From NCBI RefSeq assembly GCF_001194135.2, contig NC_068992.1, positions 58,432,516 through 58,466,383 of the forward strand: DNA of 33,868 nucleotides, in the 5' to 3' direction. Positions within the stretch are counted from its first letter, which is position 1. The number at the start of each line of letters is the position of its first letter. The DNA comes from Octopus bimaculoides. Taxonomy: Eukaryota. The position numbers were made by a program, and so were the translations under genes. A model generated the notes under the pieces. It ran no database searches, was not told the DNA's origin, and was given only the letters and a program-made list of their open reading frames with translations. Shown here one piece after another: positions 1-13,564 of the stretch.

Positions 1-230
1 TGTGTGTGTTTGCGTGTGTGTGTTTGTGTATCTGTGTTTGTCCCCCTACATCGCTTGACAACCGATGCTGGTGTGTCTACGTTCCCATAAATTAGCGGTT
101 CGGCAAGAGACCGATGGAGTACTAGGCTTCCAAAGAATAAATCCTGGGGTCGATTTGCTCGACTAAAGGCAGTGCTCCAGCATGGCCATAGTCAAATGAC
201 TGAAACAAGTAAAAAAAGTAAAAAAGAGTA
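1..230 (+). mobile_element. SINE family B, 3' part (cut by window edge)
   Basis: Near-identical in reverse complement to 2591-2920 and 13327-13727 (gtttgtcccc..catcgcttgacaaccgatgctggtgt..ggggtcgatttgctcgactaaagg..tgactgaaacaagtaaaa). Confidence 0.7.
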
Positions 231-642
231 TGTATATATGTACATATGTATGTGTGTGTTTACATATCCATCTATTTTTACATACATACACACACAAAAA
301 ACACAGGTACATACATAACTGCAAAATGTGCTTTTACACTGCACTCTTATCAACCTTAACTGCATGCAGTAGCTGTTAGTAACCTCAGTGCTGTTACCAT
401 TATTCTGGTTTCAAATCTTGGTGAGGTTAACTTTTAGCCATGCGTCGTCAATAAGGAACCAGTCAGGAACTGGTGCTGATTTAAGAAACCATGTTCTTCT
501 CCAAAATTGTTCCCCCAGCCTCATAATCGACATCATTATCATTGTAGACGTTGCTGATTTCTCAGAGGCAAGACAAATCTTGTTAGCAGCCTGAGGTGTG
601 GTGTGATAACCACCACACATGGAGGCCACCTTATATATATGT

Positions 643-1028
643 AGGCAGAAGTGTGGTTCTGTGATTATGATGTTAGCTTCTCAACCACATGGTCTTCAGT
701 TCAATCTCACTGCATGGGACCTCTTCAGCAAGTGTCTTCTACTGCGGAACCCTAGGCTAAACAAAACCTTGTGAATGGATTGTGCGTGTGTGTGTGTGTG
801 CGTGTGCGCGTACGTGCGTCTGCTTGACACTGCATGATTGTTGTAAATAAGTGTCATTCATTTCCAATATGGTACATAAACATGTCTGCTCATGGAGAAA
901 TATTACCTTGATTGGAACCAGGTAAGAGTTGGTGACAGGTAAGGCATCTGACCATAGAAAAAAAAGCCTCAATAAACACCACCTGACCCATGCAAGCATT
1001 TAAGAGGTGAATGATGATGATGATAATG
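643..1028 (+). mobile_element. Decayed tRNA-headed SINE (family B head, (TGA)n tail)
   Basis: Head 'cttctcaaccacatgg..ttcagttcaatctcactgc..caagtgtcttctact' shared with the other family B copies; ends ctgacccatgcaagcat..(gat)n. Confidence 0.6.
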
Positions 1029-1261
1029 TTTGCTGCAGTCCTGAAGAAGGAAGCTGCCAATTTGGTTACTGTACAGGGAAATCCACAGCTCACACTATGG
1101 CACTTCATGGAGGTCCGTGAGAGCCAAAACAAGTATGCATGGTACATGAAAGAGGGAATTCAATGGAACGCATTTTATGTTGTGAAAATGAGAAATGTTT
1201 TTATGTCCACTCATAGTTCAAGGATATAAAGATCAGACAATAGCACATTTTATCTTTTGTT

Positions 1262-1620
1262 TGTTTCAGCCATTCGACAGTGGCCATGCTGAGGCACTAC
1301 CTTGAAGAATTTTAGTCAAAGGAATTGACCCTAGTACTCCTTCTACCTTTTTTTTTTTTTAAGCTAGTGCTTATCTATCAGTCTCATCTACTGAACAGCT
1401 AAATTACCTGGACGTAAGCACACCAACAGCAGTTGTGAAGTTATGGTGGGAGATAAACACAGACACACACACACACGTTGGGCTTCTTTTACTTTCACAC
1501 ACAAGGATCTGGCTGGCTTGAAGCTATAGTAGAAGACACTTGCCCAAGGTGCTACACAGTGGAACTGAATCTGGAACCATATGGTTGGGAAGCAAACTTC
1601 TTACCACTCAGCCACACCTG
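1262..1620 (-). mobile_element. SINE family B
   Basis: Contains gctatagtagaagacacttgcccaaggtg and cttaccactcagccacac, the reverse complement of the family head. Confidence 0.65.
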
Positions 1621-1820
1621 TATCTATTCAACACATTGCGCAAACAGAAATAAAAAAAATAAAAAGAAAGATTATGGGTAAAATAGATTCAGTATCTTAA
1701 ACAATGCTAACTTGAACAGCATCTAACAAAACAAATCAATTCAATCAAGTTTTATTAGCTGGGTGGTTCAGCAATTTTTAAAGTACAAGGAAAATTATGA
1801 ACATTTCTATTATTATCATA

Positions 1821-1865
<45 letters not shown>

Positions 1866-2590
1866 TTTGTATGTGTGATGGAAGGGTTGGATAGAATAAC
1901 GACTTTAAACACACCTATCTAGAATATATAAAATAATTGAATTAATTCACCAAAAGACATTATTAGGTTCATACTACATAATTCAGGCATCAAATACAAG
2001 CTCCATTCTTCTTGCTTGTTGCATTTTATTTAGGTCATAGCAGTGCAACCAGTTATTTGAGGTAAACTCCATTAACTATTATACATATCTGTATTAATAG
2101 ATCTCAAAATAAATAAATAAAATAAGGAAAAAAAATTAAACAAAGCATGGGTGGAATACAAGTAGCTAGTTTGACCCTGTCCATATATATATATATATAA
2201 ATATACAGGCATACCTCACCCTACATTGTTAATTTGTTCCAATCAGATTAACTTGTCTCTAGGCTAAACCAATAATAATCATCATTCCCAGTTCTCTACT
2301 TTATTTATAAACACATTTTCAATATGTGGTTAATAAAAACCTATTTTCAGCTTACAAATAGTTTTTATTTTTTAATGCAGTACAGTAAAAAAAAAAGTAA
2401 TCTAAATTTATGAATACAATCTGGCAGTGTTTGCCGTACATCGTGGATGCTTTATTTATGAATGCAGTTTGCAATAAGACATGGTGAAATAAAAGCCTTT
2501 TTTCAGCTTAAAAAATAAATTCAGTAATCATTATTATTTTGCAATAGTAAAAAAAAAAACTAAATTATTTTAAATTTACCAGTACATACA

Positions 2591-2720
2591 GGACTTATTC
2601 TTTGTAAGCTTAGTACTTCTTCTACTGGTCTCTTTTTGCCGAACCGCTTAAGTTACGGGGATGTAAACACACCAGCATCGGTTGTCAAGCGATGGTGGGG
2701 GGACAAACACAGATACACAA

Positions 2721-2761
<41 letters not shown>

Positions 2762-2920
2762 TACGACGGGCTTCTTTCAGTTTCCGTCTACCAAATCCAC
2801 TCACAAGGCTTTGGTCGACCCGAGGCTATAGTAGAAGACACTTGCCCAAGGTGGCATGCAGTGGGACTGAACCCGGAACCATGTGGTTGGTAAGCAAGCT
2901 ACTTACCACACAGCCACTCC
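2591..2920 (-). mobile_element. SINE family B with internal (TA)n
   Basis: Reverse complement starts ggagtggctgtgtggtaag (A-box-like) ... gggttcagtccc (B-box-like); close match to 13327-13727. Confidence 0.75.
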
Positions 2921-3676
2921 ACTATATATATATATATTCATTCCAAGTGACCAGTTTTAATGCCATGTTGATAAAAAAACCTGCAAGTCATGCTGAGGAT
3001 TGAAGACGCACTTGAAAATTCATGATAAATAAGCAGAAAACGGGGCCATAACAGAAATGGGTTATTGCTGCAATATTTGTGATCAGCTCTTTAAATGCCT
3101 TTCGGGGCTCAAAGTCATTTAAGATTTCACACTATAGGTGCACGAAAGGGTCAAGCTCTGCAAGGAACAGTCACCTTACATGAGTATATACAAAGGTAAA
3201 GATGACTGTACAATAATGATGATGATGATACACATGCATAGCCTGAAGAGAATACCATCATACACAGATATATGCACAACCACAAACATCCACAAACAGA
3301 ATTACATATAAACACATATGCACTCACACACACACAAACATGAATTGACATACATACCTACCAAAACACACTAAATACACACACATATATACACAACTAC
3401 ATATACACACACATCTGGTGTGTATGTGTGTGTGTGTATTGCAAAAACTATGGAGAGAACAATCAAACTATATAACCACTAAAATACTGAACAAGGGATA
3501 GCCTTTATGTGATCACTCAACCTGCAAGAAATAGCAGCCAAATCTCTGCCATCAACAAATCGCATGATATCACCCAGGGTTGCTATAATTGGGAGAGTAG
3601 CAGATTATGTTACACTACTTTTCAGGACTGCATTCTATTTGTGCTATTTCACAGAGAAAAAAAAAAAAAAAAAAAA

Positions 3677-3806
3677 NNNNNNNNNNNNNNNNNNNNNNNN
3701 NNNNNNNNNNNNNNNNNNNNNNNNNNNNNNNNNNNNNNNNNNNNNNNNNNNNNNNNNNNNNNNNNNNNNNNNNNNNNNNNNNNNNNNNNNNNNNNNNNNN
3801 NNNNNN
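3677..3806. other. Assembly gap
   Basis: Run of N. Confidence 0.99.
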
Positions 3807-3953
3807 AGTGAGGGTGGGGGTGGGGGTGGGGGTATGAAGGCTTGTAAGCTTGTGGTTGCAGTGTTGGATGTATGATCTTTAAGATTGTGAGTTGCATTCC
3901 TGGACATTTTATGTCCAATATATAGATTCACACACATGTATACACATACATAT

Positions 3954-3994
<41 letters not shown>

Positions 3995-4344
3995 TACACA
4001 CGTATAAATACATTTAAATACACAAACATATATACACACATATCTACATGAACACACACATATACATGAATGCACATGCATGTTATACATGCACAAGGAT
4101 GCATATACACAAATACGTAAACACACACACATATGCAAAAACAAACCATTTCACTTATAATATTATATACACACATTTCTGCCAAGGTCGACCTTGCCTT
4201 CCTTCCCTTGAGGATTAATAAAACAAGTACCAGTTGAATACTGGGGCTGATGTAACTGACTTAACCCTCCCCTATTATTGCTGGCCCTGTGCCATAATTA
4301 GAAACCAATATTATACACACACACATACATGTATATATACACAC

Positions 4345-4617
4345 TGTGCTTGAGAAGACTCATCAAGCTAAGAAGTCATGGACAGTGTCAGTGACACAAA
4401 AAGGCATTTGTGCCAGTGGCACCCATGTTGGTGACACATAAAAGGCACTCATTACTCTCTTGGAGTGGTTAACCGTAGGAAGGGAATCCAGCCATAGAAA
4501 CCAAGCCAAAATCATACTGGAGTCTGGTGCAGCTCTCCAACTCACCAGTTGCTGTCAAACTGCCTAACCCATGCCAGCATAGAAAACAGACACTAAATGA
4601 TGATGATGATGATGATG
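4345..4617 (+). mobile_element. SINE or LINE-tail family C fragment
   Basis: ggaagggaatccagccatagaaac...aacccatgccagcatagaaaacagacactaaatgatgatgat, matching the reverse complements of 10404-10650 and 12692-12880. Confidence 0.5.
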
Positions 4618-4704
4618 ACACACAACATATATGTGCGTGCACACACAAATATGTACAGATACATCAATATATCACACACCTAAGTATATATACGCACACA
4701 TACA

Positions 4705-4740
<36 letters not shown>

Positions 4741-4747
4741 TTATATA

Positions 4748-5690
4748 CAGGGGTTGGACAAAATAATGGAAACACCTAGCATCATAGCATCATAATTTTG
4801 AAATATCTATAAAACTGTCAAAAGCTTGTTTATTTTTGTCTTTTGATTTATTATTAGTGTTGATTAAAATGTTTTGCTAAAATTGCTGTTTCTTTTCAGA
4901 TATCATCAGAAAAAGGTAATTAAAATTCATTAAAATAACAGATCTATCGGACTCCCAAAGAGGTCAAATTGTTGGTGCTCGTATAGCAGGTGTTAGCATA
5001 ATGAAAACAGCCGAAATGTTTGGTGTATCAAGAAGTACTGTCTCAAAAGTAATGACAGCCTTTCAGAAAGAGGGAAAAACCTCCTCGTTGAAACAAAACA
5101 AAAACTTTCAGATAGGGACTGTTGGACTCTTACGCTAATTGTTAGAAAGGATCACAAAAGTACAGCTCCCAAAATTACTGCAGAGCTTAATGACCACCAT
5201 GAGAACCCAGTTTCCACAAAAACTGTCTGCTGGGAGCTGCACAAATCCAGATTTCATGGGAGGGCTGCAATCAGAAAACCACTACTTTCAAAAACAAACG
5301 TTGCAAAGCTTTTAGCATGGAGAATGTTATTTTCTCAGGCAAGTCGTCCTTTACCATATTTCCGACCACAGGCCGAGTATACATGTGGAGACAGCAAAAA
5401 GAAGCATTTGACCCGGATTGCCTTCTTCCAACTGTTAAACATGGAGGAGGATCTGTGATGATCTAGGGTGGCTATATCTTGGAAATCCACCGGCCCAATG
5501 GTTTCCCTTCATGGCAGAATTAATAGTCAAGACTATTTAAGCATTTTATCTGATCTAATTCATGCTATGGCTGCAGAACTGTTTCCGAAGGGAAACGCAA
5601 TCTTTTAGGATGATAATGCACCAATTCACACAGTTAAAGTTGTTACTGAATGGCACAAGGAACATTCTAGTGAAGTTGAACATCTTATCC
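4748..5690 (+). mobile_element. Tc1-family DNA transposon, 3'-truncated, transposase pseudogene (~4935-5689)
   Basis: TA followed by CAGGGGTTGGACAAAATAATGGAAACACC (Tc1-type left TIR). Translates DLSDSQRGQIVGARIAGVS..KTAEMFGVSRSTVSKVMTAF (paired-like HTH), PTVKHGGGSV and DDNAPIH. Start codon reads ATA, first catalytic motif reads SGKS instead of SDES, and there are stops and frameshifts. No right TIR seen. Confidence 0.85.
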
Positions 5691-6299
5691 AGAATATAAT
5701 TTTTAACTTACACTTAAAAATAACTGAAAATAACCTTGTTCCACTAAGCACACCAAGAATTCTATTTAGCAGTACTGAATATGGTTAAATCTAATGAATA
5801 GATAAATAAATTAGTTATTAGAAAATTGATTTTTTTCATCTTTGAATAGGATATTACTTTTGTAGGATGTGTGAAAGTTAATCAAATCTTTCCTTAGGAT
5901 AAGAGGCCAAGAAGAGGTTAGGAAGTACAGCTGTATTCTATGGAACTTCTTAATAATAGAGATTTCTCACATTAGGTACAACAGGAATTTTAGAGATAGG
6001 GAGAGAGTGCGGTCACTTGAATTGACTGAAGTAGTTGACTAGTACTTATTTTATCAACCTAAAAAGGATGAAAAGTAAGATGGGATCTCATAGGATTTGA
6101 ACTCAAAATATGAAGAGCTGAAGCTTGGTACTACCAGGTATTTTCTCCAGAACTTTACTACTTCTGCCAACCACTGCCTTTGATCATCCTCATCATGTAA
6201 TGTCCTCTTTTCCATGCAGGCATGGGTTCGACAGTTTAACATGAACAGACAAGCCAGAGGGTTGCACTGAATTCTAATGTCTGCTTTGGCATAGTTTCT

Positions 6300-6514
6300 T
6301 ATTTCTTTATTGCTCACAAGGGGCTAAACAGAGAGGGGACAAACAAGGATTAAGTCGATTACATCGACCCAGTGCATAACTGGTACTTAATTTACCAACC
6401 CCGAAAGGATGAAAGGCAAAGTCGACCGCGGCGGAATTTGAACTCAGAACGTAGCGGCAGACGAAATACCGCTAAGCATTTCAGCCGGCGTGCTAACATT
6501 TCTGCCAGCTCGCC
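6300..6514 (-). mobile_element. SINE family A
   Basis: Reverse complement ggcgagctggcagaaatgttagcacgcc..gttctgagttcaaattccgcc; same family as 29246-29450 and 30285-30517. Confidence 0.75.
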
Positions 6515-6921
6515 TTTCTAATGCCAACCATTTCTCAGAGTCTGCTGGGTGCTTTTTATCATGGCACCAGCATTGGTGAAGTCACCAAGTACTCGCAAGA
6601 CAAGACCCATCAAGTGAATGGAGCATAGTATTGAAAAACAAGAAAGTAAACTATTATTCCATTTGTCATGCATTAGAGTGTTACACAGTAAAAAAATACA
6701 GGTACAGAACACACTCAAAGAAATAATCAAAATATTTAACACAGTGATTTCTGATTTAAGCACAAGGCCAGCAATTCTGAATAGAGGGCTAATTCACTGA
6801 TTTAGCAAAAAATATAAAAGAGATAGTGATAAATACTCAATACATATTTCCATTATGTAAATTATCAACAACATGAGTAGTATAGTGTAGAAGGAGATAA
6901 ACAGTAGTTTGAGGCCATGCC

Positions 6922-7074
6922 NNNNNNNNNNNNNNNNNNNNNNNNNNNNNNNNNNNNNNNNNNNNNNNNNNNNNNNNNNNNNNNNNNNNNNNNNNNNNNN
7001 NNNNNNNNNNNNNNNNNNNNNNNNNNNNNNNNNNNNNNNNNNNNNNNNNNNNNNTAACGTGCAAGTGGCTGAGC
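6922..7074. other. Assembly gap
   Basis: Run of N. Confidence 0.99.
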
Positions 7075-7363
7075 ACTCCACAGACAAGTGTACCCTTAAC
7101 GTAGTTCTCGGGGATATTCAGCGTGACACAGTGTGACAAGGCTGACCCTTTGAATTACAGGCACAACAGAAACAGGAAGTAAGAGTGAGAGAAAGTTGTG
7201 GTGAAAGAGTGCAGCAGGGTTCACCACCATCCCCTGCCGGCGCCACGTGGAGCTTTAGGTGTTTTCGCTCAATAAACATTCACAACGCCCGGTCTGGGAA
7301 TCGAAACCGCGATCCTATGACCGCGAGTCCGCTGCCCTAACCACCGGGCCATTGCGCCGCCAC
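7075..7363 (-). mobile_element. tRNA-derived SINE (tRNA-Arg-like head, resembles octopus OR-type SINEs), cut by gap
   Basis: Reverse complement of the element at 19226 and 31164; A box TGGCCCGGTGG, B box GGTTTCGATTCC. Confidence 0.85.
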
Positions 7364-7964
7364 GCAAGTGTGTAAGACTGCAGCAAATACACATATATAA
7401 AGTAGCTACCCTGTGCTGTCTGCTCACAACATACCTTAGTTCCCTTACAAGACTGATCTTGCACCTAACCTCAGTTAGAGAAAGCTCTTAACTGGTATTT
7501 TATTTTATAGACCAGTCAGTTCTTGACTGATACTTAATTTTACAGACCCCCCAAAAGGATGAAGTGCAAAGTTGACTCTTAGTGGGATTTGATATCAGAA
7601 TACCCAGAGCTGGAACAGATACTACAAGGTATTTTTTTCAGATGCTCTAATGAACCTGCTAGTTTGAAACAATGTTTTGATGATAGATAAATTTATGTAC
7701 TAAAATACAAATAAGCATATTTATTAAATGATGGAGGTATGACGTTTTCCAAACTCTACCACAGCACACAACATCGAAAGGTAGTTAATCTGTTGCTCTC
7801 AGCTTCTACAATTCTACCACTTAACCCAATATTAAAATAAATTCTTCTTTTTTTTAACATAGGAAATAGAGCTTCAGATTTGTAGGACTGGAGAGGAAAT
7901 TAAAAATTGTAGTTTTCATATTCTGTCAAAGAACATCAGACATGTAAATGAAGAATTTGTTCTA

Positions 7965-8870
7965 TAATAAAAATAATAATGATTTCATGTATTTTCCACC
8001 AGTGTGAAGGATGAGGGGGGACAATAAAAAGACAGACACAAAGTGTGGGGGTTTACATATAATGAAATAAATAAATAATAATAAAAATAGAGTAAGTATA
8101 AATGGTATACAATGAAAAGGAAGGGAAATATACATAGTATACAAAGGTTAAAAAAAAGTGGTGGGGGAGTGATGGAGATGTAGTCCTGAGACAGGATGAC
8201 CTCTAGGGATATTCAAGGAACCCCACTGTCCAAGATCTTCCTGAACAACAAAGGCAAGTGCCATTTCCAATTCCCTTCCTTCAACTCACAGGTCTACACT
8301 CAAAGAGGTACCATCCACATGTGCCATTTTTGCAACTTTCACCTACCTTCCAATAAACTCACTCAAGGACAGCACTTCCCTCTCCACTCTCAATTTCCTT
8401 TTCGAGTGAAACCTGAAGAAGTCAATGAGACCTCTATCAAAGAGGAATGTGTCTGTCCTCATGCATTTCAACCTCATCCACTGGACAACCTCTTTTGCCA
8501 TAGCCACCAGGCAGAGGAAAACTGCTTTGCCTGATTAGAGAAGGGTGGCAGGGTAATCACCACTATGGACCCATCCTACATGTGACAGCAGCTATTTGAC
8601 ATAACCCCCACAAGTCAGTAATCCCCAGACACTGAACAAGTGCATGTGGAATAGTTTTGTCACTGTGTGCATCTCGGACAAGCCCGTCTATCAGCACATT
8701 TGTGCCTGTAGAGTTTATCTCAAACTGGTAGCACTGCCAGACCAAAGGCATCTGGAAATTATCCATGATAGTTCCCAACCACAAAGTCCTCTGAAACAGA
8801 CCGGCGAGTTCATTTTCATTGATGCTCAGAGTCTTCTTCAGAACATCATCACACACCCCTGCCACTAATC
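7965..8870 (-). mobile_element. L1/Tx1-clade LINE, 3' end (ORF2 C-terminus and 3'UTR), decayed
   Basis: Minus-strand translations DNFQMPLVWQCY..DKTIPHALVQC (zinc-knuckle region) and KAVFLCLVAMAKEVVQWMRLK..TDTFLFDRGLIDFFRFHSKRKLRVEREVL, homologous to the copy at 21085-21315. Confidence 0.7.
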
Positions 8871-8877
8871 CTCTAAT

Positions 8878-8977
8878 GATAATAATAATAATAATAATAA
8901 TTATAAAGTAAAAACCAAGTTCACATATTCAATTCATCAAGAACATATTACAACAACAAGTATACTACAACTATTAT

Positions 8978-9009
<32 letters not shown>

Positions 9010-9028
9010 ATAATAATAATAATAATAA
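8878..9028. repeat. (AAT)n and (ACT)n microsatellites
   Basis: Trinucleotide runs visible in the sequence. Confidence 0.9.
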
Positions 9029-9273
9029 TCCTTTCTACTATAGGCACAAGGCTTGAAATTTGTGGGGAGGAGGCTAGTCAATTACATAGACCCCAGTGTT
9101 TCTACTGACTGTGTTATCCTAATTAATTACAAGTATTAATCAAACTATTATTAAGAGTGAAACTTAATTCATTAATACTTAAAATCATCCCCTTCTTCTC
9201 CCTGTCCACATCACAAAATAAATTACAAAATTTTAAAAGACTAAATTAAAAAAAATTGGACATGATTTGCAGT

Positions 9274-9525
9274 GGTGTAACCGTGTGATTGAGAAGCCTG
9301 CTTCCAAGCTATGTGGTTTTGGGTTCAGTCCCACTGCATGGTACCTTGGGTAAGTGTCTTCTGCTATAGCCCTGAGTCAAGCAAATTTTGTGAGTGGATG
9401 TGGTAGATAGAAACTGAAAATAAGCATGTTGTATCTATCTATCTATCTACTTACCTACATACCTACTTATTATATGTGTGTGTGTGCATGCGCGTTGTAT
9501 ATGTGTGTTGTTCCTTACCACTGCT
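9274..9525 (+). mobile_element. Decayed SINE family B
   Basis: gggttcagtcccactgcatggtaccttgggtaagtgtcttctgctatagccc core. Confidence 0.55.
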
Positions 9526-9647
9526 TCAAAGTTCAGTAAAAGGTAATAGTGCTAAACCAGGTGAAGAATTAAACCCACCAATCAATTCAAGAACAACTAG
9601 GAATGCAAAGAAAAACCAAAACAAATACTGCAAAACACAGAGGTGAA

Positions 9648-9935
9648 CATGGCAGCAAGTTTGCTTCCCAACCATGTGGTTTCAGGTTCAGTCCCACTGC
9701 AGAGCACCTTGGGCAGGTAAGTGTCTCCTACTATACAAAATCTATTTGCATGGCTTTGTCCTTGTGAACAGATTTAGTATACAGAAACTGAAAGAAGTCT
9801 GTTGTGTACACATATGGAAACAGATGCGGGTTGGCGACAGGAAGGCCATCTGGCCATAAAGAATCTGCCTCAACAAATTCCATCTGACCCATGGAAGCAT
9901 GGAAAAGTGGACATTAGAACAATGATGATGATGGT
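9648..9935 (+). mobile_element. Decayed SINE family B with (TGA)n tail
   Basis: ttgcttcccaaccatgtgg..ggttcagtcccactgc..ccttgggcagg; ends ctgacccatggaagcatggaaaagtggac..gatgatgatg. Confidence 0.6.
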
Positions 9936-10403
9936 TACAACACTGATAGAGATTTCTCATACTGATGCAAAATTATAAGTTCATAAAACAGATTCTGTAA
10001 ATGCCCAGTTTGAATTCCTGTGACTCTACAGAGAACAAAATATAACAATTATCACTCATCAAGGTTGGAAACCAGGATAAAGCTAAACATGGCATCTGTC
10101 ATTTCAAGAAGTTTGTGCATGAATTTGGATTATCATGAGAGGGGACTATTCCAGATAATCAACCTGATTCTCATAGCACTGATTTCCTAAATCAGTTGGA
10201 AGGTGGGTCAATGTAATTAGTAGTATACAAAGACACAGTGGAATGGTGAGGGCAGTCTGTATATCCCACTGAACTCTGAGGTGCGATTCTCACAGCACTG
10301 CTGTTTGACATTACCTTTTTGCCTGATGAAAGTTGACCACTGATGGTTAAAGAGTTCCCTTATACAGTTGTTGGGAAAGTCAGTCTTCAGATATATAGAG
10401 TGA

Positions 10404-10650
10404 CATCATCATCATCACTTTTTAACAGCCATCTTCCATGTTGGCATGGGCTGGACAGTTCAAAAGAATCTCATTGGCTGGAAGACTGCCTTGTGCTCCA
10501 ATACCTGCTTTGGTACGGTTTCTATGGTTGGATGCTCTTCCTAACACCAACTACTTTACAGAGTGTACTGGATGCTTTACTTTTTCTTATGGCACCAACA
10601 CTAGTGAGGTTGCCATGTAGCTCACAAAACCAACATCCCATTTGATTGAG
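10404..10650 (-). mobile_element. SINE or LINE-tail family C fragment
   Basis: (cat)n then ttccatgttggcatggg..ggatgctcttcctaacacc. Confidence 0.55.
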
Positions 10651-11460
10651 TGGAACTACAGTACAGAGAGAGACAGCTTAGTACTTACCTGTTATCAACA
10701 GTCAATTTTTTTTTTTTACTAAAGGATTAGTAAATAAGTTATTATACTTGTGAGATAAGTGTAATAGTTGATTGATGGACTTTCAGAATAGCAATCACTA
10801 CATCATGGAGAAGGAAAGAGACAATCAATTGAGTGATTGTTTAATGGTTTATTAACTAATCCTTTGCTAAATAAAAACATTGGCTGTTGAAAACAGGAAA
10901 GTATGATTAGCTCTAGGTCAGGCAATGAGAGACAAAAATGTATGAAAGGGATTGGAACAAGTTTCTTCATACTGTGATTTTTCAATGCCTGGCTTTTCAC
11001 AGAGTTTAAGACTTGTTGGCTACACTCAATCCGAATAAAGCATGACTATCAACCAATTTAATTCCTCTTCAGCCAAAGAATGTGGCCTTCAAACAGAAAA
11101 AAAAAATCACTATTTTGAAGTGTTGCTGGTTGGTCATAAACTAGCATTGTGATTAAACATATACCTATGTTCAAAGATATTTCAGTTATGGCCACTCCAT
11201 CCTGTTTTCAGAGTCGACGTATCTCAAGACAACATTTTCCAATGCAATGCGAACATTTTTTTTTCATATTGAAGGGTGTAATTTGAGCTAAATCTTGGCT
11301 GTTGTTTCTAGCAAGTGGAGTGACTATATGGAGAACCTCTCGTATGATGATGATGTCTCTAGGAACTTGTGAAAAAAATGATTTACAGTTTAAAACCAAA
11401 ACAGTAATTTAATATAAGATGCATAACTATGAACTGGCAAAAATTAAATACAAAGGCATA

Positions 11461-11830
11461 GGCATGGCTGTGTGGTTAAAAAGCTTGCTTCTCAACCATG
11501 TGGTTTGAGGTTCAGTCCTACTGTGCAGCATCTTGGACAAGTGCTTTCTATTATAGCCATAAACTGACCATAGACTTGTGAGTAGATTTCATAGAAAGAC
11601 AGTGAAAGAAGCATGTTGTGTGTGTGTGTGTGTGTGTGTCTGCACATGAGTATCTGCATGTTTGTTTACAGTTGCAGTTCTCTGAAAACTGCTTTATTCC
11701 TTCAAAGACATGTGGAATAAAATTTTTTAGTCTAAAATCAAGTAAAAGTGAGTGACAGGAAGGGCATCTGATTGTAAAACAACACCTTGATAATTTCATC
11801 TAATCCATGCTAACATGGAAAAATGGATAT
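11461..11830 (+). mobile_element. Decayed SINE family B
   Basis: ggcatggctgtgtggttaaaaagcttgcttctcaacc head; ccatgctaacatggaaaaatgga tail. Confidence 0.6.
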
Positions 11831-12691
11831 AAAAGGAAAATGAACAAATGGCCATTGTCCTCAGCACAGATATGACTCACATTCTTATGAACTTACAACC
11901 CCTCCTCGGTCCTAGAAAAAGATTCTCATTCCTAAGAGATTCACCCCTTTGTGGTGATTAAAGTGGAGAAAGAATTAATGGCAGAGTTTTATAATATATG
12001 TCCTTTGAAGTCCCATAACTCATGAGAAAAAATAAGGGCTCAGAAGTGGAGAGGGAGCAAAAATGTAAAAAAATAACAAAGAAATTTTTGTAAATGAAGG
12101 TTTCCATACTCCACAAAGATAGACAACTAAATCCAAACCTATCAGATTCCTCTGTTCCCTTTCCTCAGGTTTTCACTACAGCAAAAACTTTGTCATTTAC
12201 AACATGATTTAATGTTTGTAAAGCATTTGAAAAAAGTAATGATCAACTTCTAGCAACTGTCAGCAGAAATTGTTCCTGTCAATTATATCTTGCAAAGAAT
12301 TCCAGTCCAGTGTCTACACAAAGACTACCAGATCAATTTCAATGAAAAGTAGAACAGAGTTTCAAAACATAGCATATTACGTAAGAAAAGTATCCCAAAT
12401 TGAAGATTTTACAGCATAATTACAGTTTGACGCCCACAAAACTTTGTTTAATGATTCATAAGTCTTTAATGATATTTTGCAAAGTTAAGTTTTCAAAGGT
12501 GTAGGATGATGATTACGGTGACAAACTTTGTTTTCTTTCTTTTTACACCTTTGAAAATTAATTTTTGCAAGATTTCACTAATTTTACTAGTAAATTACAA
12601 AAATATAGTTAAACATTATTTAGTTGCTAATTACAAGAATACATTTAAGAATATTGGCATAGTTGCTAATTACAAATATATATATATATAT

Positions 12692-12880
12692 TCATCATCA
12701 TCATTTAACGTTCACTTTCCATACTGGCATGGGTTGGATGTTTGACTGAGGACTGGTGAACCAGAAGGCTGCACCACGCTCAATCTAATCTGGCAAAGTT
12801 TCTACAGCTGGATGCCCTTCCTAACGTCAAACACTCCGAGAGTGTAGTGGGTGCTTTTACATGTCACTGGCATGGGAGCC
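12692..12880 (-). mobile_element. SINE or LINE-tail family C fragment
   Basis: tcatcatcatcatttaacgttcactttccatactggcatgggttgg..ggatgcccttcctaacg. Confidence 0.6.
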
Positions 12881-13326
12881 AATCCGTGGCCCTAAATTAT
12901 AAATCGTGGAGGTGCGTGGTTTAATGATTGTAAGATTGTGGCTTCAATTCCAAGACCACACGAAGCTTTGTGTACTTGAGCAAAACACTTCATTTCATGG
13001 TACTCCAGTGCACTAAGCTTGTAAAAATGGGCAATCCTGCAATGGATTGGCATCTTGTCTGGTGTGGGGAGGTATATATACCAAAGAATCTGGGAAACCA
13101 GCCTTATAAGAGCCTATGGTTGAGGAAGGACCTTTGATCCTTTTTCTTCTTTCTTTTCAAGTTGCTAATTCCTAATTAATTACAAGAAAATGTGTAAGAA
13201 TTGTTTAGTTGATCATTACAGGAATACACATAAGGATTGCTTAGTTGCTAATTGTAAAACTATTATTAGTAAGGATTGTGAAAATACATATAAGGATCAC
13301 TTGGCTGTAAATTGCAAGAATATATA

Positions 13327-13527
13327 CTCTTTTACTTGTTTCAGTCTTTTGACTGTGGCCATGCTGGAGCACCGCCTTTAGTCGAGCAAATCGACCCCAA
13401 GACTTATTCTTTGAAAGCCTAGTACTTATTCTATCAGTCTCTTTTGTCGAACTGCTAAGTTATGGGGACATAAACATACCAACATCGGTTGTCAAGTGAT
13501 GTTGGGGAGACAAACACAGACACAAAA

Positions 13528-13564
<37 letters not shown>

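Noticed and set aside
388-629. Overlapping 68- and 72-codon ORFs in unique sequence, considered as GOLIM4 exon 2
   Set aside because: No VVYEH-like or coiled-coil peptide in any minus frame and no convincing splice sites.
3509-4185. Long ORFs of 76-166 aa in the track
   Set aside because: Artefacts of the N gap, poly-A and (CA/TA)n repeats.
11880-11990. Minus-strand GTAAGT donor with upstream pyrimidine-AG
   Set aside because: The candidate exon encodes nothing GOLIM4-like; such motifs are common by chance.
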